A stretch of DNA of 64,000 nt from assembly GCA_001949185.1 (NCBI GenBank), contig BDGG01000002.1, forward strand, positions 6,376,448 to 6,440,447. The letters are read 5' to 3'. Below are positions 24,022 to 36,462 of this stretch, in pieces (within the stretch, counting starts at the first letter, position 1; the number at the start of each line of letters is the position of its first letter). The DNA is from Ramazzottius varieornatus. Lineage: Eukaryota; Animalia; Tardigrada. The position numbers were made by a program, and so were the translations under genes. The notes beneath the pieces were generated by a model. That model saw only the letters and a list, made by a program, of their open reading frames with translations, was not told where the DNA came from and did not search any database.

Positions 24022-26519
24022 CTTACTTTGTTCACTTTGTTGTGCTTTTGCTGCGCCAAAAAGCTGGTAAAGTAGCTCGCCGGAAGTCAGACTCGGTTGC
24101 TATTCCCTTGCCAGGGATCAGGAGGACAGCGCGAAGGGACACACCTCACTGAAGCCAGGAAGAAAAAGGGGAATTCATTTTGGTCTGGCCTTTGAAAAGA
24201 TTACTGTTTACCATGCGCTGCTGCACAGAGACGGATGTTGTACGAATGGTGAGTGTCGGTCTAGCTCTAGCCTCTCCTTCCCGTTTACAGCGTCTAAATG
24301 TACATGATGTTGTTGTGAAGGGCAGGATTCTCTCGGCGCTGCGTGGTCGGATGCTGGTGATCTCATACGGATGAAGGAGAGCAAGGATTGGCATACAACT
24401 GCACTAACCAGCACGCTAATCCTAAAAGCGAGCCTCGCCGTGCTAGCTGTTCGTTGCTGTTCGGCAGCAGCTCTACCATGATTCATGATGTACGATACCC
24501 ACAACCAGAAGAACTGGGAATACTGAACGTTCAAAGCCATCGTTTCTTCCTGCTTGATTACTGTAGCTGTTGACCTTGTCTAATATCCTGGAATGTTGCC
24601 AAACATCGGACTATCTTCGTTCTTCCCTTAGAATCATTCAAATCATCTAAAGTAAGCTACGGTATCCCTATGTCCTCAGAGCCTAATTCTTTCGTTGTTT
24701 CTTGCAGAGTTTGCCTTCTTCGCCATGTCAAATCCTTCATTTGTGGTTCATCTTGGACTTTGCTCCTAAAGACAGCTCTTCTGCCCATGGTTCAAGTAAG
24801 TCGCTCCTGTGAAGTCTGTTCTCGCTTGTAGGGACGCTCTGACTGCGTTTCTGGGTCTTTGAAGTTGCTGCTGCCTTCCGGAGTAGGATACCAATGACGA
24901 TCTGTTTACTCGTAGTAAGGACTTGGTGTATGATATATAGCATGTTGTATTTTTGATGGCTACTGTTGACTCGCAGGGCAGCTGCAGCCTGCAGCAGGGA
25001 AGTGGATGTTGGTTCAGAGCTGCTGCTGCGAAGGCCTGGGCTAGCTGGCACAATTGTTTGTCTTCCAGCACTAGTCGTGTACAGGAGTCAGGATCGCGTG
25101 ACCAAGGCGAATGGCTCACAAATCTTCCTGTGCGCTACGTATGTTATTGCACTTTTTGAAATTCGAATAATGCGCAGGACAGGAGGAGAAAGGGAGGCAG
25201 AAGGAAGCAGGCTTGAACAAGGGGATTCATATTGCCGGTCTATTAGATCCACGAGTGTATAGGAAGCAGAGCTACCATGCCGCATTGTTTGTCCGAACTG
25301 TAGCACGGCTGTGGCCAGATGACCTCCATATTAATGTGAATATTCCGTCCATCCCATGGTCAAGCCAAGACCAGGAGAGCAAGCATATCTAGTTGGTCTT
25401 GGTCAAGCCGTCCGAGCTAGCCGACAGACATGTTGGTCCAGTTCAGTCTACAGAAGCTAGACACCATGGAACTTTGAGCTGAATGAATGACGTATGAACT
25501 CTTTGCTAACCAAGATAGATGACCACTCGCACTCCAGGCTGCATGCACCTATTCTCTGTACATCCAGAGCGCACGAGCAAATTAGCCTAATTATCGTTTC
25601 GGCACTTAATTGTCCGCTGCAGGCACGTTAAAGACCCGCAATGACGAGACTACGAGTCCAATTTCGAGGCATAAACAGGCGTGTCTTCCCTTCGAATTTT
25701 TTAAAACTCGAAGCTAGAGTTAATGTCTGTTTGGCATCATCGTAGACTTGTAGGCTTGGTTAACAGAATAATAATTGTCTCATGTTCCTCTTTGTTGCAG
25801 TGATGCATGGTTGCCATCGGATCAACTGGACTAAACCGGGGAGTTGAGAGGAAGGGTGTTCTCCACGTTACGATGAATGTTTATATGGTAAGTCCACTAC
25901 GGTCAGCAAATTTTACATCAAGCCTGATATGAGATGCGTCTGTAAACCGCGGAGGAGAAAATACAGTAAAGTAGCCAGGAGGGCTCAGGGAACGGCAGTT
26001 ACGGGCAGTCCTGACCGCCAACACCTCATTTCTCTTTTGGTCGATGCGAAAAGCCTCTGGAGGTTGAGACGTGAACAAACACGGGTCAGAAAACCCGTTA
26101 GCCGTGCTCTCGAGGGTGTGAAAATCAGAAAACGGCTGAAAAATCAGAACGAATCTTGCGAGTAAAGGTTTGTTCTGATGAATTTTATAATTATCGTAAA
26201 TCCACATCGAGCGCCATCTGCAGGTTGGTTCTTCACACAGTCAGCACGATTCTGCTGCTCTTCCCGGTCCTCGAACCCAAATGCGCAGGAGCGTAATGTT
26301 TGCACTTCGGAAAGTCAGAATTGTTCGCGTCCTAGTACTTTTCCTTTCAAACGTCTCAAATAGTCTAATCCTTGCAGCTTCCGGTTTGGAAGCGGATAAA
26401 GAACCGATGAGAAGTGCACAGGCACTTCCTGTGTTGAAACTGACGGTCTGGTCGCTGGGCTGGGCTACTGCTACCGGAACAGAATCTTGGAATAGGAGTA
26501 CTGAAACAAGTGCATGGTA

Positions 26520-26663
26520 CTGTAGATGTTCGCTGCATCCGCGCAGCACGTCATCGTACACGTAAGGTGCAGCCCTGGTCCGGTTGACGGACTGGGCAAC
26601 CCCCCACGGGCGTGCCTCATCACGTACGTGTACGTACTGCGCGGATGCAGCGAATATTTACAG
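26520..26663. mobile_element. Tc1/mariner(pogo)-type MITE (144 bp)
   Basis: TA|ctgtagatgttcgctgcatccgcgcag... ...ctgcgcggatgcagcgaatatttacag|TA; ~40-bp TIRs with TA duplication. Confidence 0.8.
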
Positions 26664-27633
26664 TATTTTCAGACATCATAATGCCACTCTTCGTACTGCA
26701 GTGGATGTGGTCCAAAAGCTGCCACAGTCACCGATGCGTACAGTGACAATAGAGTTCAGCCCATTTTATGTATCCCCACTTCCATCTCTGTGAGCTAGTA
26801 TAACTAGGGAAAAGTAGAGCTGGCTGTACTCCCTTTCTTCCTGTATTCTGTACATCCGATTCAGTTTTATTACTGGAGCAGGCGGCCATTGGTGGTGTGT
26901 GAGGGATGCATCGCCACACCGTAAATTTGCCTTTTAGTCTCAAGATCATAGGGAAAGCCGTGGTCGTGTTCTGCCAGGCCACTTTATTTCCTGTTTCGTG
27001 GAACTTCCTCCTAGTGTATTCTATCCCGTCAAAATAGCCGCCGTGCCTTAGTTTATCCTAGTGCAGTGCTGCTTCCTCACTTTGATTGTTGGTTTCTTGT
27101 ATTGTGTGTCGGATTCTTTCACTATTTGGGACACTTTGGAACAAGAGATTCTTGACGCAGTGTTCTCTGTGGACCACTAGGATAATCAGCGGCTTTACGC
27201 TGGAGTACTCGATGTATAATATGAACGCGATGAGTCGCACGGCAGCCGCATACCAAAACCGCTCACCTGTTACTTATCAGAACCCCGGTCGCTGTCATTG
27301 GGTATTCAGACAAATTCGGTTTATCTTTAGATATGGTTTCCTCGAATGAATCAAGCTCTCAAAATTCGCGCGGAATGAATTTCATTGTCTGCAGGACTTG
27401 ATTATTATATCTTCAGGCATAAGCTTTCCAGAAATTTATTTTTGAACAGGTTTTCGGCAGAAGCCGCCAATGGTCTGTTCGCAAAGATAGTTGATGAGAT
27501 AGCTCGAGCTTGTGTAATGAATGCGCACCTCGCATAGAGCTTGATTGGAGTAGTACTGTACCATTTTTCCTGTGTGTACTTGTCTCTTGATTAATGTTCG
27601 TCTTTTTTGTAGTGGCTACCTGTGGTGCCGGAG

Positions 27634-30600
27634 ATGGATGCGATGACAGCGTCGGGTGATGGGATGCATGAGTCTAATATGCACGACAGCAGTAACGGTG
27701 GTAGTGGTAATGGTGGCGGTGGCGGTGGCGGCAATGGCAACAACGGCGGGCATGGAAGCAACTCGGATCCTATGATGAGCTCGGCATCCGGCCACGATTT
27801 AGGGTCGCGTTCGCCCAACATGACCAACTCGGTAATATGTGACGGTGGCGATTTCCGTGTCATGAGCAGTAGCGACAGTTCACAGACTGCGGCCCAAGCA
27901 GCGGCTGCCGCCACGTTGAATAATTACGCGGCCACCTTCAACGGCCGACTGTCTCCTTCGCAGTTCTCGGGCAACTCGGGGACCTCGTATGCAACGCTGA
28001 CGCCATTCCAGCCGCTTCCACCGATCTCCAGTGTCACCTCAGAAAAGTTCTCGCACCAACCGGTGGCCACACCGCAGGGCTTTCACTTTATAACACCCAA
28101 CCATCAACTCTCCGTGCACAACATTACCAATACATACCAGTATGCGGCGGGTTTCACACCCCTTACCGCCGTCTCCCACCAGGGTTCAGCAGCTGCCATC
28201 GGCGGGTATACAGGTGCTTATAATTACTCAGGTCTCCACTCGGCCGCCAAGTCTTCTCCCTTTTCCCCCTCTAACGGCCTCGAAAATCATATCCACAATG
28301 GCCTAAACAGCCTCTCTAATTCCCATACTGCATCCTCTTCTTCCTCTTCCCATAACGCACACTATGACTATCATGGCAGCACTCATCAACGGCATAATAA
28401 TCTTGCAGGTTCCACGTCGCCCTTCTCCTCGGCCAATGTCCATTCCGCTAATGGCGTTAGTTTAACCATTCAATTACCAGGTGGCTTGGCAGTCCAGAGT
28501 AACTTCCTCCCCCATCAGTCCATGCAGCAACACCAGCAGGAGCCGTCGGAGAATTCACACCACGATAGGTCCACGCCCAACAATCATAACGGCTCTTCAC
28601 CGGCTAACTCGCCTACTTCTTCTCCACGTAGTGGCGGAGGGGGTAATGGCAGAAATGGGCAGATTGTGGTGGATAACAGCCCCACTAACTCCCATCATAG
28701 TCAGGGAAGTGCACCGGGGAATACGTCCAACGGCACTGACATGAAGCATCGCACTAGCCACCGCGCGACATCCAATTCATCAAACCTCAAGAACGCCAAC
28801 CAAACAGCCGATGAAATGGAGGAGATCAACACCAAGGAGCTGGCCCAGAGGATCTCCGCTGAATTAAAACGATACTCTATCCCGCAGGCCATTTTTGCCC
28901 AGAGGGTCTTGTGTCGCAGCCAGGGAACTCTAAGTGATCTACTCCGCAACCCTAAACCCTGGAGTAAACTCAAGTCCGGACGAGAAACCTTCCGCAGGAT
29001 GGGCAAGTGGCTGGAAGAACCAGAGTTCCAAAGAATGTCGGCCCTCAGACTTGCAGGTAAGGCTATAGCTAACAGATTTAAAAACCCATCCAGATAACTA
29101 GCTACGGAGAAAAAAGCTACTACAAAGTTGAAAGTCTTACGATCACTGGTTCACAGTGAAATGGATGTAAAGTGCTACTAAACTGGTGATGATATTTTTC
29201 CAAAAAATGGAAACTATTTTAAAAAATTGAAATTGTTTTTAAAACATGATTTTTTTTTTCAATAATTACAGCTGGATTTGGAAGTCGAAAATCGTGATGT
29301 GCTGACAAAGTGTTGGTGTTGAGGATCTGGGGAAACTCTTTTCCTCAAAAGGTGTTTGGCCAGTCTTAGCTTTTGATACTGAGAGCAGTATAATATAGAG
29401 CTAGAGTAACAGGCATAGGACACAGGGTGGGATGGTAGGTTTCGAGGATTCTGGAGGCTAAATTAGCTCTATTTTTAATTTAACATGTCAGATGGAAGAC
29501 CGAAATGGGAGGAGAGGAACATGGATTGGAACGGGAGGCAGTCGTCGAAGGTCATATTTCTGACGTGCCCGTAAACAAATTTCAGCTTACAAGGGCTGAC
29601 TGACATGACGCTGGTGAGAAACGCCAGCTGAAGCAAGCAGCTTGAAATACCCGTGCATTTCAAAGTTTCACAACAAAATCCAGACTTGCTCTGCTCCTGC
29701 AGCGGCATTTGCCACAATATTTTGCATGGTGGCAAATAATGAGAAGCAACCAAATTTCGCACCAGCCTTGTGTGAGCTCGTTATGCTAGGAGGAAAATAC
29801 GCCTTCAGCTGATGAGACAGCTATCCCAAGTTTACACAGTCATCCGACAAACTCTCCCTTTAGAAGGACGACGTTCAGGAATTTCCCGAGACCAGTTTGT
29901 GTGGACTGTGAAGTGCGGTATTTAATAATTTCCAGTTTACATAGCCGTTAATGAGGTTGCAAATGCAAATATATGGCGGCTTGTGCGTGTGCCCACATTT
30001 GCTTACTTACCGTTTCTTTCTTTGGGTTCTTCGTATTGTCGACTGGCTGTTATGTGGCACTCAAGTTCTAAGTCAGCGTAGATACATATTCCAGAACATT
30101 CGCGAGAGAACCAACCATTTGGGTGAACTGCAGATTCGGAAAACGTTGTGGTTCGTTTTTCGCTGTGAAGTCGAAGATGAAAGTTTGTCTTACGTCAGTT
30201 GCCGCTCTTTTCTCACTTTAATTCAAGTCCTCTGGGAGAGGGCTAAGTTATGATGGTGGGTCCTTGGAGTGCTGAGAAGCTTTTATGCTTGCGTAGAAGA
30301 GCTTCTTCACGCCCTCCTGGCCATTTAGGTTGCTGTAACATTCTGTGCCATTGGTGTTAAATTTTTTTCTCGGTACAAAGTGATCTTTTCATTCTATAAA
30401 TTTATGATTCTCTCAGTCGGCATGAAAAAGTAGCGGTGAAAGGCGGAAATTCGAACCGAAAATCCTGTTATGGACTTTGGAAGAAGAAGGGTTTGGATAT
30501 TAGCTTGATATTAGCATGGGATGAATGCTGAGGGCCGAATCAAGGGGATTGTGTATTCGGACATGAAGTCAGCTGGGGTACGCGCTGTCAACAAGCGTTT

Positions 30601-33600
30601 CACATGGCTAGTTCCAGAGCGATACATGCCCAATACTTGAATTTGCCTGGAAATTCAATCAGAGCCAATTGCGCCCAGCATGATTCCTTGTCAGCTCCAT
30701 ATTTATTTATTTTGTAAATTTAACCGGGAGGTACTGTAATTGGAACTCTGGGAGACATAGTGTCATAACGAAAGGATACGAGCAAAGAGTTTTGCTGTCT
30801 CATTATCGTCGCTCCGTATTTTGCATTTGGTCCTGTATTCATAAGTGTCTTGTATGGGGAAGAAATCGGGCGCTGGCATGAATAAGCATTCGTTTGCCAT
30901 TCCAGTTAGTTGGGACGTTCTGGGGAAGTGTGGAGAGATGTCCAAGACAGAGCAATATGCTTGTGCATACCACTTAGCTTATTGTCCTCTGCCACTCCTC
31001 TTGCTTTCACAGCAAGTCTCCTTCAACCCTCCTCATCACTGCAATCACATTTTTGTGTAAATACCACCAGGAAATTTCTTCCTTTTCTCAAAGATTCCCG
31101 GCAAACTTTGCAGGCGACCTTCGGAGGACCTCTCGGCCGAAGTACCGCACCTAGCTTACAAGGTTCTCACAAGAATAAGTTACTTCCAGGTCGAGGAAAA
31201 CGGTAGGAACCCGCTATACTCTCTGACAGAAGGTAGGACCACCGCGTGGGATCAAGAGCATCCCAAAGTTAGGCTGTCAAGTTAGGCTGTCGGTGAGAAA
31301 CGACTCACGGGGACTTCAGCAGACTGCAGACTTGGGCTTCTCGAAAATTTTTCTCGTGTTGTTTGTTGACGATGGCAAGGTGGAGGAAAGGTTTCTGAAT
31401 AGTCGCGTGCCGGCAGGATAGAGTCGTCCTTTATGGAAGTTCATAATATGTTCCGACTCTAAAGGGTGGTTCGGCTTGTAGTTTGAAAACTGTGCAATGG
31501 CCTTCACTTGTTGTCACAATGGTGCTTGATGGATGTGGAAAGTGTACAATAAGAGCATGATGTCGCTAGGGATTTACTGTGATTTTGGCATAATAAGCAC
31601 ATTATAATTCGCTTTATACTGCAAAGTTTGCTCTAAACGTGACTTATGGAACGGCATGAACGAGTTCGCTGCAGTTTCCGGCTGTTGAGAGTTTCAGAAT
31701 ACCGAACACGACGTATTTTCCCGAATTACGCTTCCAGTAAAAACCTGCGACGTGGCAAAAATCATATGAACCAGATCGTTTCCCCAAGTAACGCACAAAT
31801 TCAGCTGATAACAGTAATAACGTGCGCCACTTGTAGCAGCGATCTGGCTCAGTTCGTTTGCCCACGTCCACCTGACAATTACGGAGAAATGTTATGCCCT
31901 CATCGACTCTAACGAACTTTTACTTTCAAGTTTTGTGAATTAGAGGGGCAAGTGGACCGATACAGAAAAAGTATGGCGACCTGTCAAACCAGAGCAATGT
32001 TGCAAATGCACTCCGTGATGCACTTGCGTCAAATTTGATTAGGTCCGAAAAATATGGACATGTAAAGTGCATGCATGAGCTCCTTGCTCCGTCGTCACTT
32101 TCTTCAATATTGTTTGATCTTCCGTTGCAAAAAGATGAGATGAATATGTACATAGCAGAGTAGCTGGCGCATGTTGTTCAGGCTGAAGGCATGACAGGTT
32201 GTTAGAATCATTCACCGACTGTAGATTACCTGGAGTACGGTGAAAGCTGGTCGGGTCCATGGATAACATGTCACCTGAGGGAGATGTAGACTGATGTAAT
32301 TAAAAGTACTTTGACATAAAGTAGCTCTCTCGCGAGGAACGCGCCCCATTATCCCATCAAATCAAACACTTTAAGGAATAGAATAGCCCGATGCTAACGA
32401 TCTGCCGAGGAATCGTCTTCGATCGGTCGGCGCGCGCGCACGGGATGAAATGGGCCCATCTATTGAACAGTGTTTAACGCTCGTTTCATCCCTCTGTGGA
32501 TTATGCCCATTTAACAAATTGCCTCTTTATTGAGCAGATTGATCGTATTGACCAGTTGTGGCGGTGATAGTGCTGTCAAGGTGTGAATCGGAAATCAGTT
32601 TGTTACAGACAAGCCACAAGGACCTTTCAATCAGGCATCAGTGGCGGTACGGAGAAGAGGCGCTCGATATGCGTCTCTATATCTGGGGAGTGCGTTTACC
32701 GGCCGGTGTCATCTCCCCGCCTGACAGATGGATATTGTAATTCGATGTCCGTTTACCGTATCCATCAATTGGGAATCAATATGCATTCCTTCAGTTAATA
32801 TCTTGATCCCCTTTTTGCGGGTACGTGGAGGGCTTGTCGATAAATCAAAGAAATTAAATGGCGTGTGAACATGGGAGAAAAACACTTCTGTTGCTGCTGA
32901 TTGAACATTTTACTCGATAAGTTTACAAACGTTGCTTGTGATTTGATGGGTGTTGAGTGACATGATCTGGTCACACATTTTGTGGATTATCGTAACAAGG
33001 CTAAATTAGTCTATAAAATAGCCCTCACTTGACTTTTGACTAGCGTATGGGAAATCGTTAACGATTGGCCATCTACGCTAAAGATTGTACCAGGAAGTAG
33101 CACATCTTTCTCACCACAACGACTCAATATCCCTGATTGCTTTTTCACATTAACAGTCCTAACTTAGTGTAGATTAACCGATTATACTAGCATAAAATAA
33201 TTTGGCAGTTAATTTTTGGAAAGAGTTGCTGATATGCAGTACAGAGCCATCATCCTGGAAACTTGGGCAGAAAAAAGCGTTTTTTACGATTGGCTTATGA
33301 AATATGTAACCGAGAGAGCTTACGGGGTGTGGCGTTTTGATTTGTGCTCTTCAAAGTTTGCGCTCAGCAAAATAAATATCACTGGTAGTTTTTGCTGTTT
33401 ATCCTTCGGAGAACGATTGTCGTCACAGAGTGTTTTGTAGGCCGTGTGAAATGAGATTGGGGAAAGAATTTCCACCAGCGTATTTTGTAACTTTTTAATG
33501 AGTTTGGGAGTCGGACTTGAAGTGTTTGCCATTGTTACGGATTGAGCCGGCACGTTCGGTCCACCTGCCCAAGATTGCCTTCCTTGTGTGAGGGTTGGGT

Positions 33601-35625
33601 TGGAAAATTCGTTAGTTAAATTGCGTGGACTTCTCCGTGTGCGCGACAGGCAAGGACGAACAACAAGCTTTCTTCCTTGTTAGTCAGGTTTTGCGTAATA
33701 AAATTTTCATGTGGGAGTTGGGCCATCTGAACCAGATTGCACCAGTTGATTAGTAGCTGTATTTGCAGAAGGATTCAGAAAGCCAAGCTCGCCGTGGCTG
33801 CGAAGCAATTGAGCTAGCTGGAGCAGGGATAAGGAAGAAAGCGTGCAGCTGTGTGCCGCTCTTCCGGTATGACCATGTTCCTTCCTCTCTTCCTCCCCCC
33901 AGTCCCTTCTAGCCTTTTCCTTCTATCACATACTGCATATTGCGTGTGTAGCAATGGGGATGAAACGATAGCTTTAAGCTGATTTCATGGGTGGACATGT
34001 CTCGACGGTTAAATTAGTTTGTTTCATCCAGGCTCACGTTTCCTTTCATCACTTTAGAAAACAAGCCTTGCTATGGCACACACGCGAGACAAACAAGGAC
34101 AGTGATATGTGATAAGCTGCTGATGCATCTCTAGCGAGCCAGTTTCAAAACGGGACGGACGCTACAAGTGTTAGCGAAAGAACGGAAAATATATGCATCC
34201 TGGCCAAGCTTGGATAACTAGAAAGGTCGTCACTGTCCTCATGCCATGTTGTTTAGGAGTTCGGACGTCACCTGACTGTGTCTTGGTGGGGCTTACTGTG
34301 TGACAACTTAGCGAGAGGACCTTTTCAAAGCGACATTCATTATTCTTCCTGTATGTTGCATGACTGGAATGACCTTCAAGAGAACAGGCTTTAAGGTTTC
34401 CATAAAGTGGAGTTTTAGTTGTTACGCTCCGTTTATGCTCACAGGTGTGTTCCTGTGTCTGGGTTAAAAGTTTGAACGGGAGCATATAGGAGGTGAAAGC
34501 ATTTTACCGCTTACATCTGGTGGTGTTTACGGGCTGACGCGTTTCGGGACAAGTTATAGTGCTTAAAAGTGGAGAACGAAGGACAATTCAGAATAGAAAA
34601 GGAAATGGAAGCGCTAAATGGAGTGGCCACGCTTGTTTTGAGTGCTTTTCACTGACACTCATTACCATTTTCGCATTTGTCGGCAGCCAGGCCATTTCCC
34701 AAAATGGGACAAAAGCGGCATGGGCTCGCGCGATATGCAAGGATAACATACACATGAAAGCCTCCAGAGTGGGTTACACCTTCAAAACACATTTGTTCGT
34801 CAGCGCAACCAGGCATTACGCACACCTACCACCTTCCATACCTCTCCCTTCCCCTTTCTTCCTACCTCTCCCTTTAGACCAGTTCAGTAACTCAATTAGC
34901 TCAGTTTTCCCGTCCGCCCGAAGTTTCCGTGTCAAAGAGTCGGATTCAGTTGCTGAAGACCCATGTCTCACCGTCTCGTAGTTCGTAATGGTTTTACGCA
35001 TGCATACGAATAAGAGGAACAACCCTTCTGGCCTTCTCCTTGAACTCACAAGCTTTTTGTAGCGTTCACATTCCAGAGCGATCTAACGACAATTTATTCT
35101 GTTTTCAGGAGCGTGGACGCCGACTCCTCCCAGTGCGCCACAGGCACCACCTGCCGTAGTACCTCAAGGTTCGTTCTATCAGTTCCTCCTCTCCGTTCGT
35201 TCTTCGGTGGCTCAGACTAACTGTGTGACCAAAGCTGAGGTATGACTTTCATTGTAGTGACATTGAAGCGAGTGAAGCAGGAAGAGCAAGTCCAGCCGCA
35301 GCATCAAGCACACGAAGATAGCCCCGAAGGGAACGCGCAACAGCCGAAGAAACCCCGTCTGGTCTTCACCGACATCCAGAGACGTACCTTACAGCAAATC
35401 TTCCAGGAGACAAAGCGACCCAACAAAGAAATGCAACTGGCCATTGCACAACAGCTGGGTCTTGAATTAAGTACAGTGGGGAACTTTTTCATGAATGCGC
35501 GTCGGCGTTCGCAAGACAAGTGGCAGGATGGGGACTCTACGGAAAAGAAGAAGGACGGCAAGGGTCGCGTCAAGAAAGAACCGCGGACTGTCAGCGATGG
35601 CGAAGTGAAGATGGAGAATGCCTAA
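27634..35625 (+). CDS. onecut: Onecut (HNF6-family) CUT-homeobox transcription factor; exons ~27634-29056, 35109-35168, 35258-35625
   Basis: STP-box-like YATLTPFQPLPPISSV; CUT domain INTKELAQRISAELKRYSIPQAIFAQRVLCRSQGTLSDLLRNPKPWSKLKSGRETFRRM; homeodomain KKPRLVFTDIQRRTL...VGNFFMNARRRS with the Onecut-diagnostic F48/M50; phase-1 splice sites are compatible. Confidence 0.96.
31749..31868. repeat. Intronic palindromic family, copy 4
   Basis: gacgtggcaaaaatcatatgaaccagatcgtttccccaagtaacgcac / gtgcgccacttgtagcagcgatctggctcagttcgtttgcccacgtc; loop cagctgataacagt. Confidence 0.8.
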
Positions 35626-35699
35626 CCGTGTTTCCGGTTGAACTTCTTTAAGCCTGCCTGCCGACCGTATCCTTCTCCAGATTTGCCTATCTCTGAAAT

Positions 35700-35722
35700 T
35701 CTCTCTCTCTCTCTCTCTCTCT
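35700..35722. repeat. (CT)n microsatellite in the onecut 3' region
   Basis: Run of ctctctctctctctctctctc. Confidence 0.9.
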
Positions 35723-36313
35723 TTTGACTCTATGGATCTCTGATTCGGGTTTCAGGGCTGTAGTCGAAGGGTACCTGCTTTACAGAATCGCCGTCCTGGC
35801 ATCAAGTGCAAGCAGCAATAACTAACGAATATTTCATTTGGATAGGGGAGAACCCTCTGAGTATGTTCCAGTGTTCCTGACATATGTTCCAGTGCGTTCT
35901 CCCGAGCGGAAGGGAGCGCCGCTTTTCGCACTGTGCTTTGGTCATCAGCTTGGCACATCTATGCTACATTCCTCACATGTTGCATTACCAAAGCTAAATA
36001 TTTTAGCATAAGTTTTCTGCCTCACTCTGAAGTCGTTTGTGTTTGATGCAAATTTTATCCGTTACCCTCTAGTCCTTGTTCTCTAGTCAAAAGTATCCCA
36101 GTGAACTTTTCGGTGCTGTTTGTTTTTGATTTAATTTTGATCTCGATTTTCGATTGATTTTTATTTTCTTTGAGTTTTTATGCTGTATTTTCATGACCTT
36201 ATCCGTAGAACACAACGTATTTGAGCGTGATAAATTTATAATCGGACTTAGCTGCATATTTTTGCGGTGACGAAGGCAGTTGGAAAGGCACCGCGTGTGC
36301 GCGCTGGAAAATA

Positions 36314-36462
36314 CTGTAGTGCTACCAAATTATCGCGCACTCAACCACGTGAACAGTAAATGATGCCCGGGTGAGAGCCAGTGAGACTGAACTGATAACA
36401 TCTGATCACACTGGGCGGCGATGACTCATGACTCAGTGCGCGATCATTTGGTAGCACTGCAG
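36314..36462. mobile_element. TA-flanked MITE (~149 bp)
   Basis: TA|ctgtagtgctaccaaattatcgcgcact ... agtgcgcgatcatttggtagcactgcag|TA. Confidence 0.8.

Noticed and set aside
32442-34030. Two short gggatgaaa...tttcatcc inverted pairs in the onecut intron
   Set aside because: Only 8-9 bp stems with unrelated spacers; could be chance.
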